Assembly (NCBI RefSeq): GCF_964213995.1
Contig: NC_135808.1
Coordinates: 50,158,001 to 50,222,000, forward strand
Direction: 5' to 3'
Length of the DNA: 64,000 bases
Origin: Mustelus asterias
Taxonomy: Eukaryota
Part shown: positions 24,726 to 38,800 of the stretch, in pieces
Layout of the letters: every line of letters starts with the position of its first letter
How positions within the stretch are numbered: position 1 is the first letter of the stretch
The notes under the pieces: model-generated
Told to the model about the DNA's origin: nothing
Databases searched by the model: none
The model's input: only the letters and a program-made list of their open reading frames with translations
Program-made: the position numbers and the translations under genes

Positions 24726-25296
24726 ATACTGACACTTAAACTTTAAAATCCAATAACCACAACCATCTTCCTTTGTGCTGGGTGTGACTCCAGCCAGTGG
24801 AGAGTTTACCCCTGATTCCCATTGGCTCCAGTTTTGCGAGGGCTCCTTGATGCCACACTCGGTCAAATGCTGCCTTGGTGTCAAGGGCAGTCACTCTCAC
24901 CTCACCTCTGGGGTTCAGCTCTTTTGTCCATGTTTGAACCAAGGCTGTAATGAGGTCAGGAGCTGAGTGACCCTGGCGGAACCCAAACTGAACATCAGTG
25001 AGCAGGTTGTTGCTAGTAAGTGCCGCTTGATAGAACTGTCGACAAATTAAATCACTTTACTGATGATTGAGAGTAGCCTGATGGGGCGGTAAGTGGCCAG
25101 AATAGATTTGTCCTGTTTTTTGGTATACAGGACATACCTGGGCAATTTTCCACATTGCCGGGTAGATGCCAGTGTTGTAGCTGTACTGGAACAGCTTGGC
25201 TCAGGGCGCGGCAAGTTCTGGAGCACACGTCTTCACGACTATTGCTGGAATATTGTCAGGATCCAGAGTTTTTGCAGTATCCATTTGTAAATGTAT

Positions 25297-26410
25297 CAAA
25301 GAACAAGAACAAAGAACAAAGAACAGTACAGCACAGGAAACAGGCCCTTCGGCCCTCCAAGCCTGTGCTGCTCCTTGGTCCAACTAGACCAATCGTTTGT
25401 ATCCCTCCATTCCCAGGCTGCTCATGTGACTATCCAGGTAAGTCTTAAACGATGTCAGCGTGCCTGCCTCCACCACCCTACTTGGCAGCGCATTCCAGGC
25501 CCCCACCACCCTCTGTGTAAAAAACATCCCTCTGATGTCTGAGTTATACTTCGCCCCTCTCAGCTTGAGCCCGTGACCCCTCGTGATCGTCACCTCCGAC
25601 CTGGGAAAAAGCTTCCCACTGTTCACCCTATCTATACCCTTCATAATCTTGTATACCTCTATTAGATCTCCCCTCATTCTCCGTCTTTCCAAGGAGAACA
25701 ACCTCAGTCTACCCAATCTCTCCTCATAGCTAAGACCCTCCATACCAGGCAACATCCTGGTAAACCTTCTCTGCACTCTCTCCAATGCCTCCACGTCCTT
25801 CTGGTAGTGCGGCAACCAGAACTGGACGCAGTACTCCAAATGTGGCCTAACCAGCGTTCTATACAGCTGCATCATCAGACTCCAGCTTTTATACTCTATA
25901 CCCCGTCCTATAAAGGCAAGCATACCATATGCCTTCTTCACCACCTTCTCCACCTGTGTTGCCACCTTCAAGGATTTGTGGACTTGCACACCTAGGTCCC
26001 TCTGTGTTTCTATACTCCTGATGACTCTGCCATTTATTATATAACTCCTCCCTACATTATTTCTTCCAAAATGCATCACTTCGCATTTATCCGGATTAAA
26101 CTCCATCTGCCACCTCTCCGCCCAATTTTCCAGCCTATCTATATCCTGCTGTATTGCCCGACAATGCTCTTCGCTATCCGCAATTCCAGCCATCTTCGTG
26201 TCATCCGCAAACTTGCTGATTACACCAGTTACACCTTCTTCCAAATCATTTATATATATCACAAATAGCAGAGGTCCCAGTACAGAGCCCTGCGGAACAC
26301 CACTGGTCACAGACCTCCAGCCGGGAAAAGACCCTTCGACCACTACCCTCTGTCTCCTATGGCCTAGCCAGTTCTCCACCCATCTAGCCACTTCTCCTTG
26401 TATCCCATGC
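25297..26410 (-). mobile_element. Young CR1 insertion with uninterrupted ORF2 3' half
   Basis: 354-aa ORF with SGVPQGSVLGP and KFADDTK; absent from arm 2. Confidence 0.9.
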
Positions 26411-26713
26411 CTTATCTTTTGCACTGATGTGCTGGATTCCTCCATCACTGAGAATGGGGATATTTATGAAGCCTCCTCCTCCAGTGAGTTGTTTAATTAA
26501 TGGTGTCCACCAACATTCACGGCAGCGCTTTGCCCTGATCCATTGGTTGTGGGATGGTTTAGTTCTATCACGTGCTGCTTCTACTGTTTGACACACAGTC
26601 CTGTGTTGAAGCTTCACCAGGTTAACACCTCATTTTACAATTTATCTGCTGTTGCTCCTGGCATGCCCTCCTGCACTCTTCATTGAATCAGGGTTGATTC
26701 CCTGGCTTGGTGG

Positions 26714-27242
26714 TAGGGAGGCCAGATGTCCGGCTTTAGGCCGGACAGTCCGGCTTTTGAGCACTCTGTCCTCCATCCGGCGCCACCTCGAGCCGGACGC
26801 TAATTTGTCCTCCTTTTTTGGGTCACAATGCCCGGGTACTGATTGATGACAGCACCGGGCCAATAGGAAGAGGAGTGGGACTGCCAATTGGATCGAATGA
26901 GGGAAGGTGGAGCTGTGCGTCGATTTAAGCCTGCGCAGTGCGAGTCATGGGGAGGCAGATCAGGGTTTATCTCTTGTATTGACAAACGGTAAGAGGAAAA
27001 TGGCGGAGATCAGGGAGCGATAAATCTGGAGGATGATGAAGAAGGCTTTATAAGCATGTTGTACAAGTCCAAACCCCGAAAAAGAGTTTCCCGATGTCAT
27101 GTTTGCACCGAGCCAGGCCACAGCTCCAATGTTCAGCTCCGCATTAACGGCCGCCATCTTAATTGGATGCGATATGCAGCAGTGCGCATGCGCGGCTGCC
27201 ATCTTTGTCCTCCTTTTTGGAAATTTGGAAATGGCCACCCTA
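26714..27242. mobile_element. hAT-type MITE (529 bp)
   Basis: Ends TAGGGAGGCCA / TGGCCACCCTA; perfect 8-bp TSD CTTGGTGG. Confidence 0.85.
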
Positions 27243-27545
27243 CTTGGTGGTAATGGTAGAGTGGGGGATATGCCGGGCCATGAGGTTACAGATTGTGGTT
27301 GAGTACAATTCTGCTGCTGCTGATGGCCCACAGTGCCTCATGGATGCCCAGTTTTGAGTTGCTAGATCTGTTTGAAATCTATCCCATTTAGCACGGTGGC
27401 AGTGCCACACAACACGATGGAGGGTACCCTCAATGTGAAGATGGGATTTTATCTCCACAAGGACTGTGCAGTGGTCACTCCTACCGATACTGTCATGGAC
27501 AGATGCATCTGCGGCAGGCAGGTTGGTGAAGATGAGGTCAAGTAT

Positions 27546-28248
27546 GTACAAGTATAGATACATAATTCCCTAAAAGTGGTGTCACAGGTAGATAGGGTCG
27601 TAAAGAGTGCTTTTGGTACATTGGCCTTTATAAATCAAAGTATTGAGTATGAGAGTTGGAATGTTATGGTGAGGTTGTATAAGACATTGGTGAGGCCGAA
27701 TTTAGAGTATTGTGTGTAGTTTTGGTCACCTAATTACAGGAAGGATATTAATAAGGTTGAAAGAGTGCAGAGAAGGTTTACAAGGATGTTGCCGGGACTT
27801 GAGAAACTGAGTTACAGAGAAAGGTTGAATAGGTTCGGACTTTGTTCCCTGGAGCGTAGAAGAATGAGGGGAGATTTGATCGAGGTGTATAAAATTATGA
27901 TGGGTATAGATAGAGTGAATGCAAGCAGGCTTTTTCCACTGAGGCTAGGGGAGAAAAAAACTCGAGGACATGGGTTAAGGGTGAAGGGGGAAAAGTTTAA
28001 AGGGAATATTAGGGGGGGGCGTCTTCACACAGAGAGTGGTGGGAGTGTGGAATGAGCTGCCACATGAAGTGGTGAATGCGGACTCACTTTTAACATTTAA
28101 GAAAAACTTGGACAGGTGCATGGATGAGAGGGGTGTGGAGGGATATGGTCCAGGTGCAGGTCAGTGGGACTAGGCAGAAAAATGGTTTGGCACAGCCAAG
28201 AAGGGCCAAAAGGCCTGTTTCTGTGCTGTAATGTTCTATGGCTCTATG
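27546..28248 (+). mobile_element. CR1 3' fragment (arm 1 only)
   Basis: RRFTRMLPG...TRGHGLRV; (TCTATG) tail. Confidence 0.85.
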
Positions 28249-29697
28249 TTTCTCCCTCTTGTTGGTTCCCTCCCCACCTGCCGCAGTCCCAGTCTAGCAG
28301 CGATGTCCTTTAGGACCCGGCCAGCTCGGTGTGTGGTGGTGCTACCGAGTAACTCTTGGTGATGGACATTGAAGTCCCCACCCAGAGTACATTCTGTGCC
28401 CGAGCCACCCTCAGTGCTTCATCCAAGTGCTGTTCAACATGGAGGAGAACTGATTCATCAGCTGAGGGTGGACGGTATGTGGTAACCAGGGGAGGTTTCC
28501 TTGTCCATGTTTGACATGTTACCGAGAGACTACATGGAGTCTGGAATGTTGTTGAGGATTCCCAGGATAACTCCCTCCTGACTGTATCCCACTGTGCCTT
28601 CTGTGCTGGGAGATTGGAGGTAGTGGACACGGTTCACCATTTTCTCCCGTCTCAGTAACAAACATCCAGCTGCTCTGAGCTCCTTCTTTCACTTCCTCTG
28701 TTGGTTACGTTTCAATCTTCCGATCTGGCAGTCTTTGCAGTTATTTTTGACATTGGGGATTTGTGCTGTGGTCTGAATCTCTAACAATAACTGTCCAATC
28801 AGTGAAAAGAACAGCAGCTCAGAGCAGTCAGGACTGAGGAGCCAGGCTCACTGGGAAACACATTGGGAAGATCAAAGCCATTGGTCTTCAGCTCCCGATA
28901 CAAACTCCATCCCTCCCCCTGAGCACTGTCTGCTGCTCAACCAGACTCTCTACAACATTGGCCTCATCTTTGACGCCGATCTGACCCTCCAAATCCTCCA
29001 CATCACAAAGATTACTCTGCTCTCTCTTTCTTAGATCCAAAGTGGATGTTTTCACATTCTCCACATTGAACTCTATCTTCCATTGTCTTCAGACCCCATC
29101 ACAAACTCTGTTCCCTCAACACTGATTCCATCCCTTCCCCATTGGAGTGTCTGACACTGAACCACACACTCCACAGCCATGGTGTCCTATTTGACCCTGA
29201 GATGAGTTTCCCACCACATCATCCACTCCATCACTAAGACCACCTAGTTCCACCTCAGTAACATCTCCCGAGTACCCCCTGCCTCACATCATCCTCTGCT
29301 GAAAATCTCATCTGTGTCTTTGTTACCTCTGAACGTTACTATTCCAATGCTGTCCTGTCCGACCTCACACCCACCACCCTCCGTTATCATCAGCTCACCC
29401 AGAACTCTGCTGCCCGGATCTGAACTCACACCAAATCCCGTTCACCCGTCACCCCCTGTGTTCACTGACCTACACTGACCCCCGGTCCAGCCATGCCCCG
29501 ATTTTAACATAAACATCCTGCCTCTCAAATCCCTCCCTATCCTGCACCCTCCCTATCTCTGTAACCTCCTCTAAGCTGCCTAACTTAGTGTGCTCAGTAA
29601 TCTTGGATATGTGTCTCTCTATTGCTTCATCCAAGTCATTGACAAATATAGTGAAAAGCTGAGGCTTCAGCACAGACCCCTGGGGACATCACTATTC

Positions 29698-30810
29698 TTA
29701 GAACATAGAACAGTACAGCACAGAACAGGCCCTTCGGCCCACGATGTTGTGCCGAGCTTTGTCTGAAACCCAGATCAAGCTATTTCCTCCCTATCATCCC
29801 GAAGTACTCCATGTGCCTATCCAATAGCTTCTTAAATGTTCCTAAAGTTTCTGACTCCACTATCCCTGTAGGCAGTCCATTCCACACCCCAACCACTCTG
29901 AGTAAAAAACCTACCTCGGACATCCTTCCTATATCTCCCACCATGAACCCTATAGTTATGCCCCCTAGTTACCGTTCCATTCACCCGAGGAAATAGTCTT
30001 TGAACGTTCACTCTATCTATCCCCCTCATCATCTTATAAACCTCATCAAGGCTCCTCTCAACCTCCTCCGCTCCAAAGAGAAAAGCCCAAGTTCCCTCAA
30101 CCTTTCCTCATAAGACCTACCCTCCAAACCAGGCAGCATCCTGGTAAATCTCCTTTGCACTCTTTCCAGTGTCTCCACAACCTTCTTGTAGTGAGGTGAC
30201 CAGAACTGCACACAATATTCCAAATGTGGTCTCACCAAGGTCCTGTACAGTTGCATCATAACCCCACGGCTCTTAAACTCAAACCCCCTGTTAATGAACG
30301 CCAACACACTATAGGCCTTCTTCACGGCTCTATCCACTTGAGTGGCAACCTTCAGAGATCTATGGATATGAACCCCAAGATCTCTCTGTTCCTCCACATT
30401 CTTCAGAACCCTACCTTTGACCCTGTAATCCACATTTAAATTAGTCCTACCAAAATGAATCACCTCGCATTTGTCTGGTTAAACGCCATTTGCCATTTTT
30501 CAGCCCAGCTCTGCATCCTATCTATGTCTCTTTGCAGCCTACAACAGCCCTCCACCTCATCCACTACTCCACCAATCATGGTGTCATCAGCAAATTTACT
30601 GATCCACCCTTCAGCCCCATCCTCCAAGTCATTTATAAAAATGACAAATAGCAGAGGACCCAGCACTGATCCCTGTGGCACTCCGCTGGTAACCGGTTTC
30701 CAGTCTGCAAATTTTCCATCCACCACCACCCTCTGTCTTCTATGAGATGGCCAGTTACTTCGCCAATCGGCAAAACTTCCCTCTATCCCACACATCCTTA
30801 CTTTCTTCAT
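29698..30810 (-). mobile_element. CR1 LINE fragment
   Basis: SGVPQGSVLGP, KFADDT, LVRPHLEYC. Confidence 0.88.
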
Positions 30811-32039
30811 AATTATGTGCTATTATGCACTATTATGATGTGGAGATGCTGTCCAACGCCGGCATCTCCACATCATGACATCACTATTCACAGCTTGCTG
30901 ATTGGAATACACACACATTATCCCTACTCTCTGTCTCCTATCTCCGAACCAATTCCTTATCCATGGCAAAAGCTTTCCTCAAATTCTATGCACTTCCGTT
31001 TTTATTCACAACCTCCAGAGACATTCCTTTATCGAACACATTAGTGGCTCATTAACAAATGTAAGCGGCTGAGTTGAACATGTCTGACTCTCTTGAAATC
31101 AGTGTTGACTCTCTCTGATCAGTTCATGTTTCTCACTCGTTCTGTCTCTCATAAAACATTCCAGTCATTTTCCCACAACACACATTAAACTGAGCTGTTA
31201 GTTGTGAATGACTCTCGTAAAACAGCTAGTACAGACATGAGGGGCTGAATGGCCTCCTCCTGTGTTATAGACCTATCTGGCTCCTTGACTGAAACATCTG
31301 GATTGGAACAGGAGGTGGACTGGAGGTTAAACAATGAGTTGAAGGTAGACGGAGTGTTATTAGTGGGTCATGTCCAATGTACAGTGTGTCCATCACTTTC
31401 TCCAAAAGATGGGGGCAAATTTCCTGAAAAACAATGTGCCGTTGAGGAGGGAAAATGGGAGATTTTCCTGCCGTTTTCTGGGCGTACTCAGTCAGTTGAA
31501 TTTCCGGCACTCGGTGCTTCACAAAATCCGCCAGGGATTTACACCAGTGGGCGGGGCCTAATCCCACCCGTGGGGCTGGCATCCTCCCACATCCCTGCCT
31601 CACGATGGCTTCCCCAACCTAATTCCCCCTTCCCCCGATCACCATCCCCGACACTCCCACCCCCACCCCCCATTCCCCAGCCTCCCAATGGCTGGCCCAA
31701 CACCCCACTCCCTGATTGCCAGCCTCCCAATGGCTTCCTCAACTGGAAGGTTCCTGCTGAACTCAGCAACAATTCTGGTCCCCCCCTCCCCACACCAGCT
31801 TCTAAACAAACATCAGCGATGGAATTGGGGAGAAGCGCAGAAAGAAACTTTAGTAAAAGTCAAACCAGCTTCACAATCATCATCATTGCTCGTGCACTTT
31901 GACCCGAGCAAACCATTCGGAATCACTTTTGATGCCTCCTCATACTTTGCAGGGGGATGGGACACACTGTAGATGTACAGTTGGGAGCGAGGTTCAGTCA
32001 GATATAAAAGGAAAACTCAGTCAGTCCAGCAGCAGAGAA

Positions 32040-33950
32040 GATTTGGGCATGATAAGGCACATGGGAGGATTGGAAGGCTAAACTGCATCTATTTTAATAC
32101 AAGGAGCCTGTCTGGTCAGGCAGATGAACTTAGAGAGTTGGTCAGCACGTGGAAATATGAGATTGTTACAATCACTGAGACATGGTTGAAAGAAGGGCAG
32201 GACGGGCAACTCGACATTCCAGGGTATAGAAGTTTCAGGCGTGATTGAGGGAGATGTAAGAGAGGATGTAAGAGATTAAAGAGACTGCAATAATGAGGAA
32301 CGATGTATTGGAACGCTCTTCAAATGAGGCCATATGGGTGGAGCTGAGAAATATAAAGGGCGATCACTGTACTGGGATTATTCTACAGGCCTCCCAACAC
32401 TCAGAGGGAGATAGAGGAACAGATATGTAGGCAAATCACAGAGTGAGGTGTGAGAGGAATAGGTCTGTGGTAGTCGGGGATTTCAACCTCACCAATATTA
32501 ACTAGAATCACCTTAGTGTGAAAGGGGTGTCACGGTGGCAGAGTGGTTAGCGCTGCTGCCTCACCGCGGCAGGGATCCAGGGTCAATTCCAGCATCGGGT
32601 GCCTGTGTGGAGTTTGCATGTTCTCCCCGTGTCTGAGTGGGTTTCCTCCGGGTGCTCTGGTTTCCTCCCACAGTCTAACGATGTGCAGGTTAGATTGATT
32701 GGCCATGCTAAATTGCTCCTTAGCGTCAGAGGGACTAACAGGGTAAATACATGGGGTCACGGGGACAGGGCCTGGGTGGGATTGTTGTTGGCGCAGGCTC
32801 GATGGGCTGAATGGCCTAGTTCTGCACTGTAGGGATTCTATGATTCTATGATTAGACAGGATGGAATTTGTAAAGTGATTCCAGGAGAGCTCTTTGCGTC
32901 AGTACGTCGACAATCCGACTCGGGATGAGCCAGTGCTCGATCTAATCCTCGGGAATGAAGCCGGGCAAGTTGTTGAAGTGTCAGTGGGGATGGGGAAGGT
33001 GGGCAGAGCAATGAAAGATGGAATTTAGTCCTGATACTTGTGAGGTGATGCATTTTGGGAGATTTAATAAGGGTAGGATATACACAATGAACAGTAGGTA
33101 CCGAGGGAGTATTGAGGAAAAAAGGGACCTTGGTGCAAAGTCCATAGATCCCTGAAGGTGGCAGCACAGGGCGATAGTGTGGTGAAGAAGGCAATTGGAA
33201 TGCTTGCCTTCATTAGTCCGGGGGCTTCGAACATGGCAGGAGGGAGGTCTTGGTACAACTTTATAAAACATTGGTTAGGCCACAGATGGAATATTGTGCG
33301 CAGTTCTGGTCACCACACTATCGGAAGGATGTGATTGCACTGGTGAGGGTGCAGAGGAGAATCACCGGGATGTTGCCTGGGATGGAAAGTCTCAGCTTTG
33401 AGGAGAGACTGGATAGGCTGGATTTGTTTTCCCTGGAGCAGAGGAGGCTGAGAGGGGATCTGATAGAGGTTTACAAAATTATGAGAGGTGTTGATAGGGT
33501 AGATCGTAAGAGACTTTTCCCCATGGCACAGGTGTCTAAGAGCAGAGGGCATAGGTTTAAGGTGAGAAGGAAGTGGTTTAGAGGAGATCTGAGAAAGAAT
33601 TTTTCATGATGTGGAGATGCCGGCGTTGGACTGGGGTAAACACAGTAAGAGTTTTAACAACACCAGGTTAAAGCCATTTGCGACCAAATAAACCTGTTGC
33701 ACTTTAACCTGGTGTTGTTAAAACTCTGAAAGAATTTTTCACCCAGAGGGTGGTGGAAATATGGAATGCGCTGCCTGAGAGGGTGGTGGAGGCAGGAACT
33801 CTCGCTACATTTAAGAAGCATCTGGACAAGCACTTCAATCACCAAGGCAGAGTAACTATGGACCAAGTGCTGGTAAATGGGATTAGTATAGATTGGTATT
33901 GGATGGTCAGCATAGACATGGTGGGCCGAAGGGCCTGTTTCTGTGCTGTG
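32040..33950 (+). mobile_element. Internally deleted CR1 (EN start and 3' end) carrying a V-SINE (~32530..32850)
   Basis: YFNTRSL...ITETWL endonuclease motif; LVRPQMEYC. Confidence 0.8.
33605..33727. mobile_element. Penelope-like terminal fold-back insertion
   Basis: Internal inverted repeat; TSD GAAAGAATTTTT on both sides. Confidence 0.65.
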
Positions 33951-34704
33951 TAACTCTTTGATGCTATATGGAGTTGGAGCAGTTCTATCCCATAGAATGG
34001 CAGATGGGACGGAGAGGCTAAATTCATTTGCTTTGAGGACTTTGTCAGACGTTGAGAAAATGTACTCACAAATCGACAAAGAAAGCCGAGCAGTTATCTA
34101 CACAGTGAGGAATTTCACCAATACGTCTATGGGCGGCATTTCACCATCGTGTCAGACCGTAAGCCATTGTTGGGGCTTTTCCGGGAGGATAAGCCAGTGC
34201 CACCTATTGTCTCTGCCAGGGGCAGAGATGGGCATTGCTACTGGCAATAAACAGCTAAACCTTCCAGCAGAGGCCGGGAACAAGATCGCAAATGCGGATA
34301 CATTGAGCCGCCTGCCGCTACCACAGACCATACCGTCACCGCCTGTTCCACAGGAGATAGTATTGGCTCTGCATTATTTGGTCACCCTGCCTGTCTCAGC
34401 AGCCCACACTCAGACGTGGACAGATAGGGAGCCGGTGTTAGCAAAGGGCAAGAAAATGGTACTGACCGGGTGGCACTTGGACAAGGCAGAGCAAATGAAG
34501 CTGTATTTACATTGCAGGGACCAGATACCCTGCGAAGATGGGGTGCTATTGTGGGGGGTCTCTGTCAGCGTCCACCCCCTGGGCAATGGCCACTGCTCCA
34601 AGAGTCACCTGGCCAGAGCAGAATGAAAGTGTTGGCCAGAAGTTATGTCTGGTGGCCTGGCATTGACAGAGACATTGAACAAACGGTTGGGCAGTGTGAG
34701 AGAG

Positions 34705-35240
34705 TTGTCCGACTCAGCAAGCGTTACCTCCACCAGCTTTTACAGATGCACCATAGAAAGCATTCTTTCTGGTTGTATCACAGCTTGGTATGGCTCCTGC
34801 TCTGCCCAAGACCGCAAGGAACTACAAAAGGTCGTGAATGTAGCCCAATCCATCACGCAAACCAGCCTCCCATCCATTGATTCTGCCGACACTTCCTGCT
34901 GCCTCGGCAAAGCAGTCAGCATAATTAAGGACCCCACGTACCCTGGACATTCTCTCTTCCACCTTCTTCCGTCGGGAAAAAGATACAAAAGTCTGAGGTC
35001 ACGTACCAACCGACTCAAGAACATCTTCTTCCTTGCTGCTGTCAGACTTATGAATGGACTTACCTTGCATTAAGTTGATCTTTCTCTACACCCTAGCTGT
35101 GACTAACACTACATTCTGCACTCTCTCGTTTCCTTCTCTATGAACGGTATGTTTTGTCTGTATAGCGCGCAAGAAACAATACTTTTCACTGTATGTTAAT
35201 ACATGTGGCAATAATAAATCAAATCAAATCAAATCAAATC
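34705..35240 (+). mobile_element. Rex1/Babar-type LINE 3' end
   Basis: FYRCTIESILSGCITAWYG...LLPSGKRY...RTNRLKN; (AAATC)n tail. Confidence 0.85.
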
Positions 35241-36353
35241 ATCAGCAGACATGCTCCCTTGGGATTGTCCGGGCTGTCCGTGGTCACGGCTTCGTGCAGA
35301 TTTGGCTGGACATTTTCTGGGCAGATGTTCCTGATGTTAGTCGATGCCCATTCCAAGTGGCTGGACGATCAGCTCATGAGGCCCATCACAGCTCCATTTA
35401 CCATCGATAAACTGAGGCAGATCTTTGTGATCCATGGTCTTCCTGAAGCGTTGCTATCAGACAGCGGAGCAGCATTCACGCTGATGAATTTCAGACTTTG
35501 GTCAAGTTTAATGACATTTGTCCTGTCAGGTCAGCCCCCGACCATCTTGCCTCGAATGGGTTGGTGGAGCGAGCCATGCTGACGTTCACCGCTTCATGTG
35601 AAGCAGGTTCAAATGGCCGTTCCATTGTGATTGGGCAGTTATTTGCTGTCCTATAACACTACACCTCACGCCATCACTGGGGTCATGCCGAGGTCACACC
35701 TGCAGAGTTGTTAATGGGTCGGTGCCTGTGTACCTGTTTAGATTTAATGTTCCCAAATTTGTCGGGGAGGGTGGAGGCTCGGCAAGCCTCTCAGAAAGAA
35801 TATTGTGACTCTCAGAAAGGGGACGGATTGTTTAATGATGGCGATCTCATGTTGAGAGGGAATTTGGGTGGCGGACCCACCTGGGTACCAGGCAGAGTTG
35901 TGGAGAAGACGGGACCAGTCTCATATTTGGGGGAGACACAGGGCCGTTGAGTTAAGGAGCATGTTGGCCACCTACGCAAGAAAGTAGAGCCAGTTCCAGG
36001 AGCTGAGCAATTGGACCCTGTATCCAGTTTGTGTGTACCAGCCTCTGAACAAGACAGCTCCATGTCCATGGTGAGGCCAAGGCAGCCTCTGGCTTGGGTG
36101 GGTGAGTCAGAGGAAGGGGCTGTCCAGGGCCTAGCTCCAGAGGTGGTTAGCACGTCCACCCCATCAGTGGATCCCGTGTCGATGGCTGCTGAAGAGCCCC
36201 TGACAGAGTTGCAGCGTTCCGCAAGGTTCCGGAAATCTCTGGACCAGCTGACATTATGAACTGTCTTTCCCTGGTGTCCCTTCTGTAATATTGTTGTTTC
36301 TCTGCCTATGTGTTAACTGTTTTACTTTGTGTTTTATCATAGGGAGTCCAAGA

Positions 36354-36630
36354 TGTTGTGGGGCAAGGAGTGTGTGAGCCTGGCCCCTTTAAGGGGCAAT
36401 CCTTCACGGGCCACATGACCAAGCTGGAGCCAATGGAGTGTGAAGATGTGATATTGGGCCAATCGGGAGTGAGGGTGATCATTCCTGGGGCTGGAGGCTT
36501 CAGTTGGAGTCAGGATGTTGTTGGGAGTAGACCTGTATCGTTGTGCTGTTAAACCCTTCATTGTAAATAGTTCTCATCAATAAAGCCTTTAGTTAGTTAT
36601 TTCCAAATCGAGTCTCCTCCAGTTATTACA
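36354..36630 (+). mobile_element. Probable 3' LTR of the Gypsy element
   Basis: TG...CA ends, internal AATAAA, follows the integrase. Confidence 0.55.
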
Positions 36631-37554
36631 ATGAGCATCTGCACCACTTTGGATAGCAACAGCTCTCTGATAACAGCAAATACACAGACTAACTATTAAA
36701 CTGTAACAGTTTCACCAGCTGCTGTCACCCTCCCTACTTCCCTCCATTTATTCTGCATTCTCACCATCTCCCCTCGATTTCTCGCTGAATCCTCCAGTTT
36801 CCTAGTCTTTCCTGTGGCCAGGTTCACCTGCCCCCTTCCCCTTGGGATTGTTCGATTGCTTTGTTCCATCAACTTTCTGGTTGTGGTCAGGGTTCTCTCC
36901 ACCGCTCCCCGAGACATTCGGTCTGGGGCAGCGTCGATGTTTAACATCCTGTCCCACCTTGGACTGAATACATAACCAGTGAGGGTCCGACCCACACGAT
37001 GAGAGTTTGTCACCGTAAAGGAGTCAGGGATCTGTAGCAGAAAGTGTGATTAATGTCAGTCTCTAATCCTGCGGATAGGAATCTCATCCTGTCCATGGAA
37101 GCCTTTCACTGAAAGGTTAAATCTCTGTTAACTGATCCTGTACTGAATAAACTGTCAATTCTCTGTCACTGCTAATTTGTGTTGGATTGTTTTTAATCTT
37201 TCAATCAATTGTATTTTGTCATTTCTGTTGCTGTGGCGATAGCCTCTTGGTCAGGTTGTTGTTGTAAATGAGAATTGGTTCTCAACTGACTCACCTGGTT
37301 AAATAAAGATTCAGTAAAATAAATGTCTGAGATAAAAGCAAAATACTGCGTCTGCTGAAATCTGAAACAAATCCCGGGCGTTCCGGTTCCCGCTGAACCA
37401 TTACCTTATCCCTCACTCTGGCATCTCCTGGGTAGTCGCTCCCCCTCAAGACTCTAGACTTGAAACGTTGACTCTGCTCTCTCTCCACAGATGCTGTCAG
37501 ACCTGCTGAGATTTTCCAGCATTTTCTGTGTTTGTGTGTGAACTTAATGACTCG

Positions 37555-37880
37555 GGAGACACAATGGCTCAGGGGTTAGCACTGCTGCCTCACAGCGCCA
37601 GGGACCTGGGTTCAATTCCGGCCTGGTGTGACTGTGTGGAGTTTGCACATTCTCCCGGTGTCTGTGTGGGTTTCCTCCGGGTGCTCCAGTATCCTCCAAC
37701 ACTCCAAAGGTTAGATTGGTTGGCCAAGCTAAATTGACCATGAGTGTCCCAAGATGTGTAGGTTAGAGGGATTAGCAGGGTGAATAAATGGGGTTGCGGG
37801 GATAGGGGCTGGGGAGGATTGTTGTCGGTGCAGATTAGCTGGGTCGATTGGCCTCCTTCTGCACTGTCGGGGTTCTATGA
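37555..37880 (+). mobile_element. V-SINE
   Basis: A/B boxes, V-domain, CR1-like tail. Confidence 0.8.
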
Positions 37881-38299
37881 GGTAGAAAGCAATCCCCTGT
37901 GAGAATGCAGCAGTGTGTAGGGGAGGTTTGGACTGTCTTGAAAGCCCCTTCAAGAGGTTTCTATCCCTCTGCCCCTGATATGTTCCGTCATTATCTTCCT
38001 GTGATAAACTGATCAGAAATGTGATTGTGTTTCTCCCAGCTCCTGTCATGGGCTGTGTAACTACTAATTCCTGTCAGTTTTCCTGTACATTGATAATATG
38101 GAATTTCTCCACAGTTTGATATGTGTGTGGAGGCACCGTACTAAATCTTATATCTTCAATATCTGTCCTAACATTATCTATCAATTCCTGAGACAACATG
38201 TCCCATCCCCTCCCTTCAGACTGTGAGTCAGTCATATTAATGAGTTGGAAGCCCTCTGGTCTACTGTCCCCCTGAAGTTGTATGTCTGTCATTGGATTC

Positions 38300-38800
38300 A
38301 CTTCCTGCTCTGTCACTCACACTCCTCCTGACTCTTTTCTTACCCAGGGGGCACAAGTGTGGTCACTTTTCTGTAGCCCCATCAGCCAATAAGGTCAGGA
38401 CGAGGCTGGTCAAATTGTCGCTCACCTCCAGGCTCCCTATTGGAACATCCTGGTACTTGCCATCGTTGGAGGGTAAATCCCGGGCATTCCGGTGCTCCCT
38501 TAACCATGACCTTATCCCTCACTCTGGCATGACCTGGGGGAGTCGCTCCCCCTCATTTCATTCTGCTCCTCCTGCTGCTGTGTGAGCTCAGACCTCAATT
38601 CCTGAAGCTGTCTACACAACTCTACAATGTAGCTTTTTCTCCTCTCTTTCAATGGCCCAGTATCTTCACTTCCAGTGAGGTTCCCAGCTCTACCTGTCAT
38701 CATGGTGTTAATCCTGTGTTCCTACTTTGTGTAGCTGATTAATACACTCACTAATACACCCACCCATCCTTTGTCCAGCTCTCCCTTTACCTGAACCCAA
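38300..38800 (-). mobile_element. Highly decayed ERV integrase C-terminus
   Basis: MMTGRA...TGPLKERRKSYIVELCRQL resembles LMTGRA...GPLRDKIRRYVLELSSQL at 648..1148. Confidence 0.6.

Larger units (their letters stand above)
23505..28600 (-). mobile_element. CR1-clade LINE (EN and RT, DIKAAFDRVWH type) with nested insertions; homolog at ~42630..45900 (+)
   Basis: TTYRPPS, LDLIFTN...GRSDH and AAFDRVWHQG motifs in collinear order. Confidence 0.75.
9712..29015 (-). repeat. Left arm of inverted segmental duplication (Ig kappa cluster 1)
   Basis: Collinear reverse-complement homology with ~42220..60460 in genes, introns and shared old TEs. Confidence 0.85.
31800..36260 (+). mobile_element. Gypsy LTR retrotransposon pol remnant (RT-RNase H-integrase) with nested insertions
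   Basis: WNWGEAQ...HFDPSKP...DASSY | YGVGAVLSH...YSQIDKE | RMKVLARSYVWWPGID | VDAHSKW...HGLPE..LSD. Confidence 0.85.
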
